Shown: in pieces, positions 27,027 through 38,600 of the stretch | How positions within the stretch are numbered: the stretch's first letter is position 1 | How the letters are laid out: every line of letters starts with the position of its first letter | Assembly: GCA_965248695.1 (NCBI GenBank) | Contig: CBDFKD010000002.1 | Span: forward strand, 3,392,001 to 3,456,000 | Length of the DNA: 64,000 bases | Source of the DNA: Acidobacteriota bacterium | Lineage (GTDB): Bacteria > Acidobacteriota > UBA890 > WLXD01 | Reading direction: 5' to 3' | Position numbers and translations under genes: made by a program | Notes under the pieces: generated by a model | What the model saw: only the letters and a program-made list of their open reading frames with translations | Database searches by the model: none | What the model was told of the DNA's origin: nothing

Positions 27027-28711
27027 TGGCGCGTCCGAATCAGATCTACGACGCGATCGTCGTCGGCACCGGCATCACCGGCGGATGGGCAGCCAAGGAG
27101 CTCTGCGAGGCGGGGCTGAATACCCTCGTGCTCGAGGCCGGCCCGATGATCGTTCCGGAACGTGACTACGTCGAGCACGTGCCGCCGTTCGAGAAACAGT
27201 TCCGTGGGCTGCGCAACCGACGACGACAATCCGAGCGCCAGGCGATCCAGAAGGAATGCTACGCCTGCGACGAATCGGCCGAGAAGTTCTTCGTCGACGA
27301 TGTCGACAACCCCTATGTGCAGGCTGACGGCAAGCCGTTCGTGTGGATCCGCGGACGCCAGGTGGGCGGTAAGTCGATCGTGTGGGCACGCCAGAGCTAC
27401 CGTCTGTCGGACGTCGACTTCGGGGCCCCTGAGCGCGACGGCTTCGGGATCGACTGGCCGCTGCGCTATGCGGATCTCGCTCCCTGGTACGACCACGTCG
27501 AGCGCTTCGCCGGCATCAGCGGCCAGGCCGAGAATCTCGATCAACTGCCGGACGGTGAGTTCCTGCCGGCGATGCCGCTCAACTGTGTCGAAGCGCACGC
27601 CAGGGAGAAGATCCTGACTGCCTGGGGCGGCGATCGCGTCCTCACCCCTGGCCGCACGGCGGTGCTCACCCAGGACCACAATGGCCGCGCAGCCTGTCAC
27701 TACTGCGGACCCTGCCACCGTGGATGCATCACTCGGTCGTACTTCAGCAGCCTCAACGCCACCCTGCCGGCCGCGGTTGCTACCGGCAACATGACCCTTC
27801 GCCCCGACAGCGTCGCGCGCAGCGTGATCTACGCCGACGACAAGGCGTCGGGCGTGCTGGTGATCGACCGACAGAGCGGCGAATCGATCGAGTTCCGCGC
27901 CCGCGTCGTGGTGCTGGCCGCCGGCGCGCTGGAGTCAACACGCATCCTGCTGAACTCCGCCAACTCGACGTTCCCGGACGGGCTCGGCAACTCGAGCGGC
28001 GCGCTCGGGCGCTACCTGATGGATCACACCATGAGCGTCGGCGCCTCCGGGAGCGTCGACGGATGGTCTGACCGCAATACCACCGGTCACCGTCCTAACG
28101 GCGTCTACATTCCACGATTCCGCAACATCGGTGACCAGCACCCGGATTTCCTGCGCGGCTACGGCTATCAGGGAAGCGCGTCACGCCAGGACTGGCATCG
28201 CGGCATCGGGGAGGCTGGCTTCGGGGCCGACTTCAAACGCGCCATGAGCACGCCGGGTCCGTGGCGAATGCAAATCGGCGCCTGGGGCGAGTGTCTCCCC
28301 TACGAGGACAATCGCGTCGAGCTCGACCCGGACGTCGTCGACGCCTGGGGCATCCCGGTGTTGCGTATCCATATGAGCTGGCGCGACAACGAGATCACCA
28401 TGCAACACGACGCTGCCGAACAGGCTGCCGAGATGCTCGAGGTCGCCGGCGTCAAGAACATCGTCATGAACGCCGTCGGCACACCGCCCGGATTGTGCAT
28501 TCACGAGATGGGTACGACGCGCATGGGACGCGATCCGAGCACGTCGGTGCTCAACGGTCACAACCAGTGCCACGACGTCGACAACCTGTTCGTGGTCGAT
28601 GGAGGAGCGATGGCCACCTCGGCGTGTCAGAACCCGTCGCTCACGTACATGGCGCTCACGGCGCGAGCCTGCAACCACATCGTCGAGCGACTCAAGAGGT
28701 TCGAGCTTTAA
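27023..28711 (+). CDS. GMC-family oxidoreductase (glycoside 3-dehydrogenase-like)
   Basis: VGTGITGGWAAKELCE, GGKSIVWARQ, CHYCGPCHRGC, HEMGTTRMG, QNPSLTYMALTARA. Confidence 0.92.
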   Translation: MMARPNQIYDAIVVGTGITGGWAAKELCEAGLNTLVLEAGPMIVPERDYVEHVPPFEKQFRGLRNRRRQSERQAIQKECYACDESAEKFFVDDVDNPYVQADGKPFVWIRGRQVGGKSIVWARQSYRLSDVDFGAPERDGFGIDWPLRYADLAPWYDHVERFAGISGQAENLDQLPDGEFLPAMPLNCVEAHAREKILTAWGGDRVLTPGRTAVLTQDHNGRAACHYCGPCHRGCITRSYFSSLNATLPAAVATGNMTLRPDSVARSVIYADDKASGVLVIDRQSGESIEFRARVVVLAAGALESTRILLNSANSTFPDGLGNSSGALGRYLMDHTMSVGASGSVDGWSDRNTTGHRPNGVYIPRFRNIGDQHPDFLRGYGYQGSASRQDWHRGIGEAGFGADFKRAMSTPGPWRMQIGAWGECLPYEDNRVELDPDVVDAWGIPVLRIHMSWRDNEITMQHDAAEQAAEMLEVAGVKNIVMNAVGTPPGLCIHEMGTTRMGRDPSTSVLNGHNQCHDVDNLFVVDGGAMATSACQNPSLTYMALTARACNHIVERLKRFEL

Positions 28712-28779
28712 CCAGCCCGCGTCGATCTCCGGAATCGACCGCTGGCCACGACTGGCGACAGCGTTCGACAGTGGTCGCC

Positions 28780-29907
28780 TCAGCCGGCGAGAAACGGCTC
28801 GATGCGATCCCACTGGGCGCGGGCGTCTTCGAACCCGAGCTCCATGAGCCGTTCGATGTACGGCCGCTCGAACAGCAGGTAGCTGAGAAAATCCGGGGTG
28901 GTGGTTCGCGACGCACCGAGGCCACGTGCCAGCAACCGCAGCGGACGCGGCAGCGCGTCGACCAGGCCGGCCGACAGCTTGCCGAGATCCTGCGACGGGC
29001 GCAGCAGCAGGATCTCGATCGGACGCAGGCGGTCATGTGGCTCGGCACCTGCCGGCAACGCCTGGAGGGTGCGGTTGATGCGCTGCAACCGTTCGGCATC
29101 GTCCTCCAGCGCGTCAATGAACACACCGTGCAGGATCATTCCCAGAATCTGCGCCGGCGGCGGGTAACCGACGGTCTGCGGCTGGACACGCTCGTGCGGA
29201 CCGAGCTCGTAGCGCACCGAGATGGCGAGGATCCGATCGGCGCCGAGGTGGACGGCCGGCGATAGCGGCGCCGACTGGCGAACGCTACCGTCACCGTAGA
29301 ACTCGCTGCCGAGCTGGATGGCCGGAAAGACCACCGGCAATGCCGCCGACGCCATCACGTGGTCGACCGTGATCCGAGCGCGCTCCGAGAGACGTCGGAC
29401 ACGTTGCCAGTCGCGCACCCCCTCCGTCGCCTCAATCGCGGTTACCGTCGAGCCGGTGGAGTACTCGGTCATCGACAGTGCCAGCGCGTGCAACCGACCA
29501 GCGGCTATGTTGTTGCCGATGCCATCGAAATCGATCGCCGACGACAGGTAGGCACGCAACGGACGTGTGTCGAGCAGGCCACGCAGGTCGGTCGGCAGTG
29601 CCCCGCCACTGCCGATCTTGGCCATCCAGCGCATCGCGCTCCAGGCCAGCGTACGGAAGTTGGATCGGAACACGTTCTCGGTGCTGAGCTCGAGCCATGC
29701 CTGCTGCAGCTCACCGGTGGCAGCGGCGAACCCGGCGCGGCTGGCGGCAAGCGCGGCGGCGTTGATTCCTCCGGCAGAAACTCCGGTAACGATCGGGAAG
29801 CAAACCTCGCATCGCGCCTGGTCGGCGATGCCCGCCAGGACACCCGCCTGATACGCCCCACGCGCCCCGCCGCCGGTCAAGACGACAGCTGTCAAACCGG
29901 CGCTCAT
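28780..29907 (-). CDS. Patatin-like phospholipase
   Basis: GGGARG, GVSAG, YGDGS. Confidence 0.9.
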   Translation of the reverse strand: MSAGLTAVVLTGGGARGAYQAGVLAGIADQARCEVCFPIVTGVSAGGINAAALAASRAGFAAATGELQQAWLELSTENVFRSNFRTLAWSAMRWMAKIGSGGALPTDLRGLLDTRPLRAYLSSAIDFDGIGNNIAAGRLHALALSMTEYSTGSTVTAIEATEGVRDWQRVRRLSERARITVDHVMASAALPVVFPAIQLGSEFYGDGSVRQSAPLSPAVHLGADRILAISVRYELGPHERVQPQTVGYPPPAQILGMILHGVFIDALEDDAERLQRINRTLQALPAGAEPHDRLRPIEILLLRPSQDLGKLSAGLVDALPRPLRLLARGLGASRTTTPDFLSYLLFERPYIERLMELGFEDARAQWDRIEPFLAG

Positions 29908-30023
29908 GGTCGCTGCTTCATCGGCGTCTCCCGGCGGCCCGTGAACAACGCTGCATTGCACATCGTGGCGTGCGACCGGCGATCGCCCCCGACTTTCCCG
30001 GCCGGCGTGCGAACATTGGGCCG

Positions 30024-30923
30024 ATGCCCGAGTTGCCCGATGTGACGGTCTACGTGGAGTGCCTGCAGCGCCGGCTCACAGGCGAGACGCTGGTGGGCGC
30101 GCGACTGGCCAGCCCGTTCCTGTTGCGCACCTTCGACCCTCCGATCATGGAAACCTACGGCAAGGTCGTGGCCGGCGTCGAGCGTATCGGCAAACGAATC
30201 GTGGTTGCACTAGCGGGCGAGCTGTTCCTGATCTTCCATCTGATGATCGCCGGCCGCTTCCGATGGCTCGATTCCGGCGCACGCGTCCCGGGCAAGATCG
30301 GGCTGGCGGCCTTCGACTTTTCCAGCGGGGCGTTGGTGCTCACCGAGGCGAGCGCCAAGAAACGGGCATCGCTGCACGTCGTCCGAGGGCGAGACGCGCT
30401 CGCGGAGCACGACCCCGGAGGCCTCGAAGTGTTGGACGGTACGTTGGCCGACTTCGCCGCCCGACTCGTTGCCGAGAATCACACCCTGAAGCGCTCCCTG
30501 ACCTCGCCGCGACTGTTCTCCGGCATCGGCAACGCCTACTCGGACGAGATCCTGCACCACGCAGGCCTTTCCCCCATGACGTGGACCTCCCGACTAACGG
30601 ACTCCGAGGTGAAGAAGCTGCACGCCAGCACGGTGACGGTACTCAGCGAGTGGACCGAGCGACTACGGCGGCAGACCGGCGACGGCTTTCCGAAGAAGGT
30701 AACCGCTTTCAGACCCGAGATGGCAGTCCACGGGCGTTACGGCCAGGCCTGTCCGAAATGCGGTGATCCGGTGCAGCGCATCATCTACGGTCGCCGCGAG
30801 ACCAACTATTGTGCCACCTGCCAGACGGGCGGCCAGGTGTACGCCGACAGGGTCCTGTCGCAACTGCTCAAGAAGGACTGGCCGCGCAGCGTCGAGGAGT
30901 GGGAGCAGATTCGTCGGGGTTGA
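30024..30923 (+). CDS. Fpg/Nei-family DNA glycosylase
   Basis: N-terminal MPELPD, HLMIAG, GIGNAYSDEIL (H2TH), CPKC...CATCQ zinc finger. Confidence 0.92.
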   Translation: MPELPDVTVYVECLQRRLTGETLVGARLASPFLLRTFDPPIMETYGKVVAGVERIGKRIVVALAGELFLIFHLMIAGRFRWLDSGARVPGKIGLAAFDFSSGALVLTEASAKKRASLHVVRGRDALAEHDPGGLEVLDGTLADFAARLVAENHTLKRSLTSPRLFSGIGNAYSDEILHHAGLSPMTWTSRLTDSEVKKLHASTVTVLSEWTERLRRQTGDGFPKKVTAFRPEMAVHGRYGQACPKCGDPVQRIIYGRRETNYCATCQTGGQVYADRVLSQLLKKDWPRSVEEWEQIRRG

Positions 30924-31049
30924 TGACATCGCACGGTGGGGTTGATGGCATCGCACGGTTGCGGAAGGATCGGGCGAGAATCCACCTCGCCGGCCCCGTT
31001 GCACCGCCGGCGCCGCCTCGGACACGTTCGATTGAAACGGAGTTTCCCA

Positions 31050-33257
31050 ATGCTGCCTCGCGCCGTGGTGTTGCTGTCGCTCGCCTCCGGATGGCTGGCG
31101 GCGCCTCCGGGGCTACCCGGCACGCAGCAGGACGCCGATGCCCTGCACGCGGCGGCACGCGCCGGAGCCATCGAACGGGTACGCGAGCTACTCGACTCCG
31201 GAGTCCCGGTCAACGCGGAGAACGAGTACGGAACCACGGCGCTGTTCTTCGCCGCCGACCGCGGCCATCTCGACCTCGTCCTCCTGTTGCTGGAGCGGGG
31301 CGCTGATCCGGATCTCAGCGACCGCTTCTACGGCGCCACGCCCATGGTCTGGGCGCTGACGAACGAGCACACCGACGTCGCCGCCCTGTTGCTTCGACAC
31401 GGGGCCAGTGGAGCGATCGACGCCCTGTTCGACGCCATCCGCAACAACAACGCCGAACTGGCCGCGGCCGCGCTCAGCGCTGGCCCGCTGGGACGCGCCG
31501 ACCGCGACCGGGCGCTCGAGCTTGCCGAACAACTGGAGCGCCCGTCGATGGTCGCCGTGCTGCGTGACGCAGCGGTCGCCGAAGTCGACGACACCGAGGA
31601 CGGCTACGCGATCGAGTCGTCGCAGCTGCAACGCTACGTCGGGGTGTTCCGCGACGAGGATACGAACACCATCGTCGATGTGGAGGTCGTCGGTAGGGAG
31701 CTTTCGGTTCGCCTCGGCGACGGTGTGGTCATCCGCCTGCAGGCCATCGGACCGGACGCGTTCGCGAGCGCCGACCGGACGGACTCCATGAGCTTCGGAG
31801 GACGCGCCGGCATCGTGGAGTTCGCCCAACTGCAGCGTCAAGACCAGCGCGTGGAACTTCGACCGGTGGACCCGGAGGAGGCGCACCTGCTGAGAGGTGA
31901 GACGCCCACCTCGACGGCATCGGCAGCCCTTGCCGCCGAGGAGACCGACACCACCCGAACGGACCCGGTCGCGGGCTCCGGGAGCCGATGGCCGTCGTTT
32001 CGCGGCCCGGATGCCTCGGGAATCGCAGACGGCCAGGGACCACCGTCGACCTGGGACGTCAACAGCGGCGCCAACGTCCGCTGGAAGACACCGCTCCCCG
32101 GCATCGCCAACTCCAGCCCGATCGTCTGGGACGACCGCGTGTTCGTCACCACGGCGGTCAACAGCAGCGGGGAGGATGTCGTCCGCACGGGACTGTACGG
32201 CGACGTCAAGCCGGTCGACGACCTATCCGAGCACGACTTCAAGACCTATTGCCTGGATGCGCGTACGGGTCGGATCCTGTGGGAAGACCTCACCTACCGC
32301 GGCTTTCCCCAGGTAAAGCGTCACACCAAGTCGAGCCAGGCCAACAGCACGCCGACCACCGATGGCGAGCACGTCGTAGTGCTGTTCGGCAGCGTCGGCA
32401 GGCTCGTCGCCTACACCATGGATGGCCAACGCAGCTGGGAGCGCGACCTCGGTGCGCTCGATTCCGGCTGGTTCTACGATCCGGATTATCAGTGGGGCCA
32501 TGCCAGCTCGCCGGTGCTCTACGACGGCACGGTGATACTCCAGGCGGACGTGCAACAGCAGTCGTTCCTGGCGGCGTTCGACATCGCCACCGGCGATGAG
32601 ATCTGGCGCACGGCGCGCGAAGAGATCTCGACGTGGGGGTCGCCGGCGCTATACCGCGGCCGGCCCCGAGACGAGCTGATCACCAACGGCACCACGATTC
32701 GGAGCTACGACCCGAGGACCGGGAAGGAGCTCTGGACTCTTGGACCCAACTCCGAGATCGTCGTCGCCACACCGGTCATCGGCCACGGCCTCGTCTACGT
32801 CACCGCGGGGTATCCGCCCGTCCGCCCGATCTACGCTATCCGCCCCGGCGGCAGCGGCGACATCTCGTTGCCCGCCGACTCCGACACAAACGAGAACATC
32901 GCCTGGAGCAAGAACCGCGGCGGCACCTACATCCCGTCGCCGATCCTGTATCGCGGCATCCTGTACACCAACGCCAACAACGGTCGCCTGACCGCTTACG
33001 ACGCGATTACCGGCGAGATGATCTATCGCAGTCGCATCGCCGGCGTCGGCAGCTCCTATGTCGCGTCGCCGGTGGCGGCGGACGGCCGGCTGTTCTTTTC
33101 CACCGAGGACGGCACCGTTCATGTCGTGCGTGCCGGACCGGAGTACGAGCTCCTGGCGAGCAACGAGTTGAACGAGGTGATCTGGGCAACCCCTGCAATC
33201 TCGAACGGCACGCTCATCGTGCGCACGCTGGATCATGTCTGGGGCCTCGGCGAGTAG
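31050..33257 (+). CDS. Secreted ankyrin-repeat plus PQQ-like beta-propeller protein
   Basis: LHAAARAG, GTTALFFAADRGH, GATPMVWA ankyrins; WPSFRGP, NVRWKT, SSPIVW, ASPVAADG propeller repeats. Confidence 0.87.
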   Translation: MLPRAVVLLSLASGWLAAPPGLPGTQQDADALHAAARAGAIERVRELLDSGVPVNAENEYGTTALFFAADRGHLDLVLLLLERGADPDLSDRFYGATPMVWALTNEHTDVAALLLRHGASGAIDALFDAIRNNNAELAAAALSAGPLGRADRDRALELAEQLERPSMVAVLRDAAVAEVDDTEDGYAIESSQLQRYVGVFRDEDTNTIVDVEVVGRELSVRLGDGVVIRLQAIGPDAFASADRTDSMSFGGRAGIVEFAQLQRQDQRVELRPVDPEEAHLLRGETPTSTASAALAAEETDTTRTDPVAGSGSRWPSFRGPDASGIADGQGPPSTWDVNSGANVRWKTPLPGIANSSPIVWDDRVFVTTAVNSSGEDVVRTGLYGDVKPVDDLSEHDFKTYCLDARTGRILWEDLTYRGFPQVKRHTKSSQANSTPTTDGEHVVVLFGSVGRLVAYTMDGQRSWERDLGALDSGWFYDPDYQWGHASSPVLYDGTVILQADVQQQSFLAAFDIATGDEIWRTAREEISTWGSPALYRGRPRDELITNGTTIRSYDPRTGKELWTLGPNSEIVVATPVIGHGLVYVTAGYPPVRPIYAIRPGGSGDISLPADSDTNENIAWSKNRGGTYIPSPILYRGILYTNANNGRLTAYDAITGEMIYRSRIAGVGSSYVASPVAADGRLFFSTEDGTVHVVRAGPEYELLASNELNEVIWATPAISNGTLIVRTLDHVWGLGE

Positions 33258-33275
33258 CTCGACCGCTACGGCACT

Positions 33276-34826
33276 TCAGCGCATGGTCAGCAACGACGCG
33301 TACAGGTCGACGCCGTACCAGATATTGCCGATGCGAATGTTCTCGTTGGAGGCGTGCTGGTTGTTGTCGGCGTTGGCGATCGGCAGGATCACGGCCGGCG
33401 CGGCCAGCAGATCGGTGAACAGATAGAGCGGCAGCGAGCCACCGAGAGCCGGCACCAGCAGCACCTCCTGCTCGGTGGCGGCACTCACGGCGTCGATGAT
33501 CTCTTCGACAACCGGCAGGCCCATGTCGGTGCGCGACGCCGGATACCCACCGCGACGCTCGACCATGACGAGTCGCGGGTGGAGCGCCCTGGTTTCCAGG
33601 TCCGGCTCCTGGCGGACGATATGGAATCCCTGGGCGCGGATGTGCGCCTCGACGCGATCGAGCATGTCGGCCGGATCGTTGCCCTTCACCAGTCGCACGC
33701 CAAGAGCGGCCTCGGCACGGTCGGGAATCACGTTGCGCGCCTCGCCGCCGACGCTTCCGCTGCGCAGGCCGCGCACCGTGAGCGAGGGGAGCAGCAGGCG
33801 CTCGCTCAGATTGCCCTCCCCTTCGGTCCACGCCAGCCCCAGGTCTCGGCGCAGTTCGGCGTCGATGTCCGGCAGACGATCGAGCGCCTCGCGTTCCTCG
33901 CGTCCCAGCGGCTCTACGGTGTCGTAGAAGCCGTCGATGACGACGTTGCCCGCGGCGTCCTTCATGCTAGCGATCAACTCGGCCAGGACCTGGCCGGGCA
34001 CCGGTGCCCAGTTGCCGTAGTGGCCGCTATGGAGCGGGCGTGCCGGGCCGAAAACCGTCAGATCGAGCCCGGTGACGCCGCGCACGCCGAAGACGATCTG
34101 CGGCAGGCCGCTCTGATGCACCGGACCATCGCAAAACAGCCACAGGTCGACATCGAAGCGCTCTCTGTAGGTCTCGAGGTATTCCTGCAGATGGGTCGAC
34201 CCGATCTCCTCCTCGCCCTCGAACAGGAACTTGATGTTCGACGTCAACGGGAGGCCCGCCGCCTGCAGGGCGTCGAGGGCGGTGAGCAGCGCCGGGAACG
34301 GCACCTTGTCGTCGGAAGCCGATCGCGCGTAAATGCGCCAGTCGGGATCGACCGGCTCGCCGGCGGCGGGCATCTGACGCGGCTGCCCGCCTCGGTCCAT
34401 GCGATCGGTGTACAGCACCGGTTCGTAGGGCCCGTGAACCCAGTCCGGGCCGGCGGGTGGCTGGCCGTCGTAGTGCACGTAGATACCGAGGGTGCGGGTG
34501 GCGCCGGGGACACGGATCTCGCCGTAGACCAGCGGCGGCACGTCGGGCAGCTCGAGGAGCTCCATCTCGGCGCCACGGCGCTCGAACTCGGCGGCGATAT
34601 GGGCGGCGACGCGGCCAGTGTCCCCGAGGTCGCGCCCGTAGTTCGGCAGCTCGAGGAAGGCACCGTAAGCGGTCAGAATCTCGATTTCGTGCGCACCGCG
34701 ATACTCGCGCGCGGCGATTGCGGCGGCGCCCAACTGTCCGCTCGTCTGTCCGGCGACTGGCAGCGTCATACAGATCAGCAGCAGGACCCCGTACATCGAG
34801 CAACGCCAACGCATGTCGAACCTCAT
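33276..34826 (-). CDS. Secreted M20/M25/M40 metallopeptidase
   Basis: YVHYDGQP, ARSASDDK, FEGEEEIGS, LHSGHYG, NQHASNEN. Start set near MRFDMRW. Confidence 0.9.
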   Translation of the reverse strand: MRFDMRWRCSMYGVLLLICMTLPVAGQTSGQLGAAAIAAREYRGAHEIEILTAYGAFLELPNYGRDLGDTGRVAAHIAAEFERRGAEMELLELPDVPPLVYGEIRVPGATRTLGIYVHYDGQPPAGPDWVHGPYEPVLYTDRMDRGGQPRQMPAAGEPVDPDWRIYARSASDDKVPFPALLTALDALQAAGLPLTSNIKFLFEGEEEIGSTHLQEYLETYRERFDVDLWLFCDGPVHQSGLPQIVFGVRGVTGLDLTVFGPARPLHSGHYGNWAPVPGQVLAELIASMKDAAGNVVIDGFYDTVEPLGREEREALDRLPDIDAELRRDLGLAWTEGEGNLSERLLLPSLTVRGLRSGSVGGEARNVIPDRAEAALGVRLVKGNDPADMLDRVEAHIRAQGFHIVRQEPDLETRALHPRLVMVERRGGYPASRTDMGLPVVEEIIDAVSAATEQEVLLVPALGGSLPLYLFTDLLAAPAVILPIANADNNQHASNENIRIGNIWYGVDLYASLLTMR

Positions 34827-34931
34827 CGTCTCAGTGCCACGGATCTGCCCAGTTTGGCGCGTCGGAGCACTCATCGCTGGGCAGGGGCACGGTATCCTAT
34901 CGTCGCCCACCGGCGGCCACGGACTCCCGCG

Positions 34932-35669
34932 ATGCAAATGACGCCCCTTGTCAGCCAGCTCGTTGTCATTGCCGCCACCGGGCTCGGCCTGGCTGGCGCA
35001 CTCGACCTGGCCGGCACGTTGACTCAGACGCCCGAGCTGCGGGTACCCCGCGCCGCAAGCGAGCCGCAGCAACTGCTGGCCGGGACGAAAACAGCCTGGT
35101 CGTCGGCAACGACCATCGCCTGGGGCGAGCCGCCGTTCACCACCAGTTTTCGCGCCTTGCGAGACGCTGACGGGCTCTGGGTACGGTTCGATGCCGCCGA
35201 CTCGGCACCGTGGCATACCTACACGCAGCGCGACGATCCTCTGTGGGAAGAGGAGGTCGTCGAGATCTTCATCGATCCGGACGGCGATGGTCGCAACTAC
35301 GCTGAGGTCGAGATCAACCCGGCCAACGTCGTGTGCGACCTCCTCATACTGCGGGGCGATCCCGACCTTCAGGGAGATCTGAGCTGGGACTTCCCGGGCC
35401 TGCGTACGGCCGTACACGCCTGGGACGGTGGCGCGGAAGGTTGGACCGCGGTCGCCCTGCTGCCGTGGGAGGGCTTCGCGTCGCTGCCCGATACCGACGT
35501 GCCCATACCGCCGCGTGCCGGCGACAGCTGGCGATTCAACGTCTTCAGGATCAAGCGGCCGCATGGTCCCGATGAGCCGCGCCGTGGTCTCCGACTGGCA
35601 GCCTGGTCACCCGTCCCGGCGGCGAGCTTCCACGTTCCTGAGGTGTTCCGCTCCATGGTCTTCGAATGA
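34932..35669 (+). CDS. CBM9-like/DOMON-like secreted protein
   Basis: Signal peptide; RDDPLWEEEVVEIFIDPDGD, GWTAV, WRFNVFRIK, AWSP..SFHVPE. Confidence 0.82.
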   Translation: MQMTPLVSQLVVIAATGLGLAGALDLAGTLTQTPELRVPRAASEPQQLLAGTKTAWSSATTIAWGEPPFTTSFRALRDADGLWVRFDAADSAPWHTYTQRDDPLWEEEVVEIFIDPDGDGRNYAEVEINPANVVCDLLILRGDPDLQGDLSWDFPGLRTAVHAWDGGAEGWTAVALLPWEGFASLPDTDVPIPPRAGDSWRFNVFRIKRPHGPDEPRRGLRLAAWSPVPAASFHVPEVFRSMVFE

Positions 35670-35679
35670 CGGAATCCGG

Positions 35680-38600
35680 ATGAGCTCGGTGACTCGCCCG
35701 ATGACCGCATGGCTCGCACTGCTGACAGCAGCCTTGCTGATCGCCCCGACGATCGGTTGGGAAGCCTCCGCGCAGCAGCGCAGCGGTAGCCGGCCGACCG
35801 CCGTTCGTACGTGGACGGCAGAGGTCGAGATCCCGACCTATCCACTCGGAGCCGACGATCTGAACCCCCATTTCTTCGCGCTCGAAGGGACAATCATCTA
35901 TCCGTATACCGCCCAGGATCGGTTCGGCCACGAGCGTGTCGCGCAGACGTACCGCGCGGTGTTCATCGAGAATGAGTACCTGCGTGTGATGTGCCTGCCG
36001 GAGATCGGCGGGCGTATCCAGTCGGTGCTCGACAAGGTGACCGGCGAGGAGATGTTCTACCGCAACCACGTGATCCGACCCGGTCACATCGCGCTGCGCG
36101 GTGCCTGGGTGTCGGGTGGCATCGAGTGGAATCGTGGCCCGCAGGGCCATACCGTCACCAGCTTCTCACCGGTCGACGTCGTTCCGGTACAGAACCCGGA
36201 CGGATCCGCGGCGCTGCTCATCGGCAGCACCGAACAGAACTTCCGGACCGGATGGGAAGTGCGATTGACCCTGCATCCCGAGATCCGCGCCCTCGATGAG
36301 CGGATCCGGCTGTTCAATCCCACCGACAGTTTCCATCCGTACTACTTCTGGAACAACACCGCGTTTCCGAACACTCCAGGTACGCGCTTCGTATACCCGA
36401 TGACCCTCGGAACGGACCACTCCGGCACCGAGTACTTCGGCTGGCCAATCCACCAGGGACGTGACCTGCGGTGGCTGCGAAACTACCCGGAGCCCACGTC
36501 GGTTTTCGGCTATGAGGTCGAGTTCGACTTTTTCGGCGCCTACGATGTCGACCGCGACTTCGGCATCGTCCAGGTGGCAAACCACCACGAGCTACCGGGG
36601 AAGAAAGCCTGGACCTGGGGAGAGTCGGATGCCGGCCTCGCCGCCCAGGCCGTCCTCACCGACAGCGACGGACCGTACATCGAGGTGCAGAGCGGGCCCC
36701 TGCCCACGCAGGCCGATTTCGGCCTGCTAGCGCCCGGCCAGGAGGTATCGTGGCAGGAAACGTGGTACCCGGTGAACGGTCTGGGACAGGGCTACGAGCT
36801 GGCGACGCGCGATGTGGCGATCGAGCGCCTCGACCATCCGGACGGCGTCGAGCTGCGCATCGCGGCAACCCGTCCGATCCCCGGTGCGCAGATCCACATC
36901 GAGCCGCGCGGGGGCGTGGTCGAGCAGCGGCCACTCGACCTATCACCGGCCCGGACCGAGTCGGTGGTGGTACGAACGGATCCTGCTACCGCCAACCCTG
37001 GAGAGATCAGCCTGCGGATCCGTATCGATCGTACCGACGGCGGCACGCTGCTGGAGTACTCGTCGCCGCTGCGGGCCCCCCAGCGCCAGGTTCCGGTGGC
37101 GCGCGAGAGTCCACCGCCCACCGCAGAGACCGCCTACCGCGCCGGCCTCGAGCTCGACAAGCAAGGCAACGAGCCAGACGCCCGCCGGAGATACGCCGAA
37201 GCCCTCGGGCACGACGCGGGTCACGCGCCTACGCTGCGGGCGCTCGGCGGCCTGGAGATCGAGGCAGGGCGGTTCGGCGAGGCGGTCGAACGGCTGCAGC
37301 AGGCGCTCGACCGCGATCCCGACGATGGAATGACCTGGTACCTGCTCGGCGTCGCGCGGCTGCGCATGGACGACCTGGAGGGCGCCACGGCGGCCGGCTA
37401 TGCCACCGCTCAACGCGCCGGATCTGCGGCCCTCGGGTACGGCCTCGTGGGTCGCGCCCGGGCTCGTCTGGGTGACTACGCCGGCGCCACGAGAGCTTTC
37501 ACCGCCGGCTTGTCCGCCGGCGGATCGGACTGGACGCGCCTGTTCGAACAGATCCTGTTGTCCACCTATGCGGCGGGCGACTACGCCGGCGCGGTGGCGC
37601 TCGCGCGCCAGAGCATCGAGGCAGGCAGCATCCGTCTCGTTCCGCATGTGATCCAGGCACTCGGGTCCGAGCAGAGCTTGCGTGACTTCGCCCATGGCGC
37701 GCGCGAGTGGGTCGGTGAACCGGAGTTCGCTTTCGTCGAGCTCAGCCTCACCATGGCGGATCTCGGCATGTACCGCGACGCCGCCAACGTCGTGGAGGCG
37801 GCGCTGGTGGCCACGGTCGAGGCCAGTGAGCGGCGCGCGCTGCCGTTCTACTACCTTTCGTACTACCTCGACCGACTGGGTGACGGCGGACAGGCGGCGC
37901 GTTGGCTGCGCGAGGCCGCCGAAGCATCAACCGACTACGTTTTCCCATCGCGTCCGGAGGCGATCGCGGTGTTCGATCACGCGCTGCAACGCAACCCACA
38001 AGACGCCCGTGCGCGGCTGTATCTCGGCAACCTCTTCGCCGGCCTCGGACGGCTCGAGGAGGCGGCTCGCGAGTGGAATACCGCCGTACAGTCGGCACCC
38101 GATCTGAGCACGGCACGCCGTAATCTGGCGTTTTATCGCTGGCGCATCGACGGTGACCTCGAGGGCGCCGCGGCGTTGCTCGCACAAGCCATCACGATCC
38201 GGCCACAGGACCAGACTCTGTATCGTGATCTTGCGCGTGTGCGAGTGGAGCAGGGGCAGCCGACGGCGGCAGTCACCGTGCTGGAGTCCGTGCCGGCGGC
38301 GAATCGGCGCGCCGATGTGACGCTCGCCCTCGCCCGCGGCTACAACGCCGTCGAGCGCTTCAACGACGCCATCGCGCTGCTCGGCAGCGCACGATTCACC
38401 CAGCGCGAAGGCGACACCGGATCGCGCCAGATCTTCTACGAGGCGCACATCGAGCGCGGCATTCGAGCTCTGCAAGCCGGCGATCCGGCCGCAGCGCTCG
38501 CCGACTTCGACGCGGCGCTCACCTATCCGTCCAACCTCAACGTAGGCCGCCCACACCGACCGGTAGAAGCGCGCGGCCGATACTGGCGCGGTATGGCCTT

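Noticed and set aside
28780-29907. Patatin as a CBASS-type defence effector
   Set aside because: No nucleotidyltransferase or other defence genes nearby; it looks like an ordinary stand-alone patatin.
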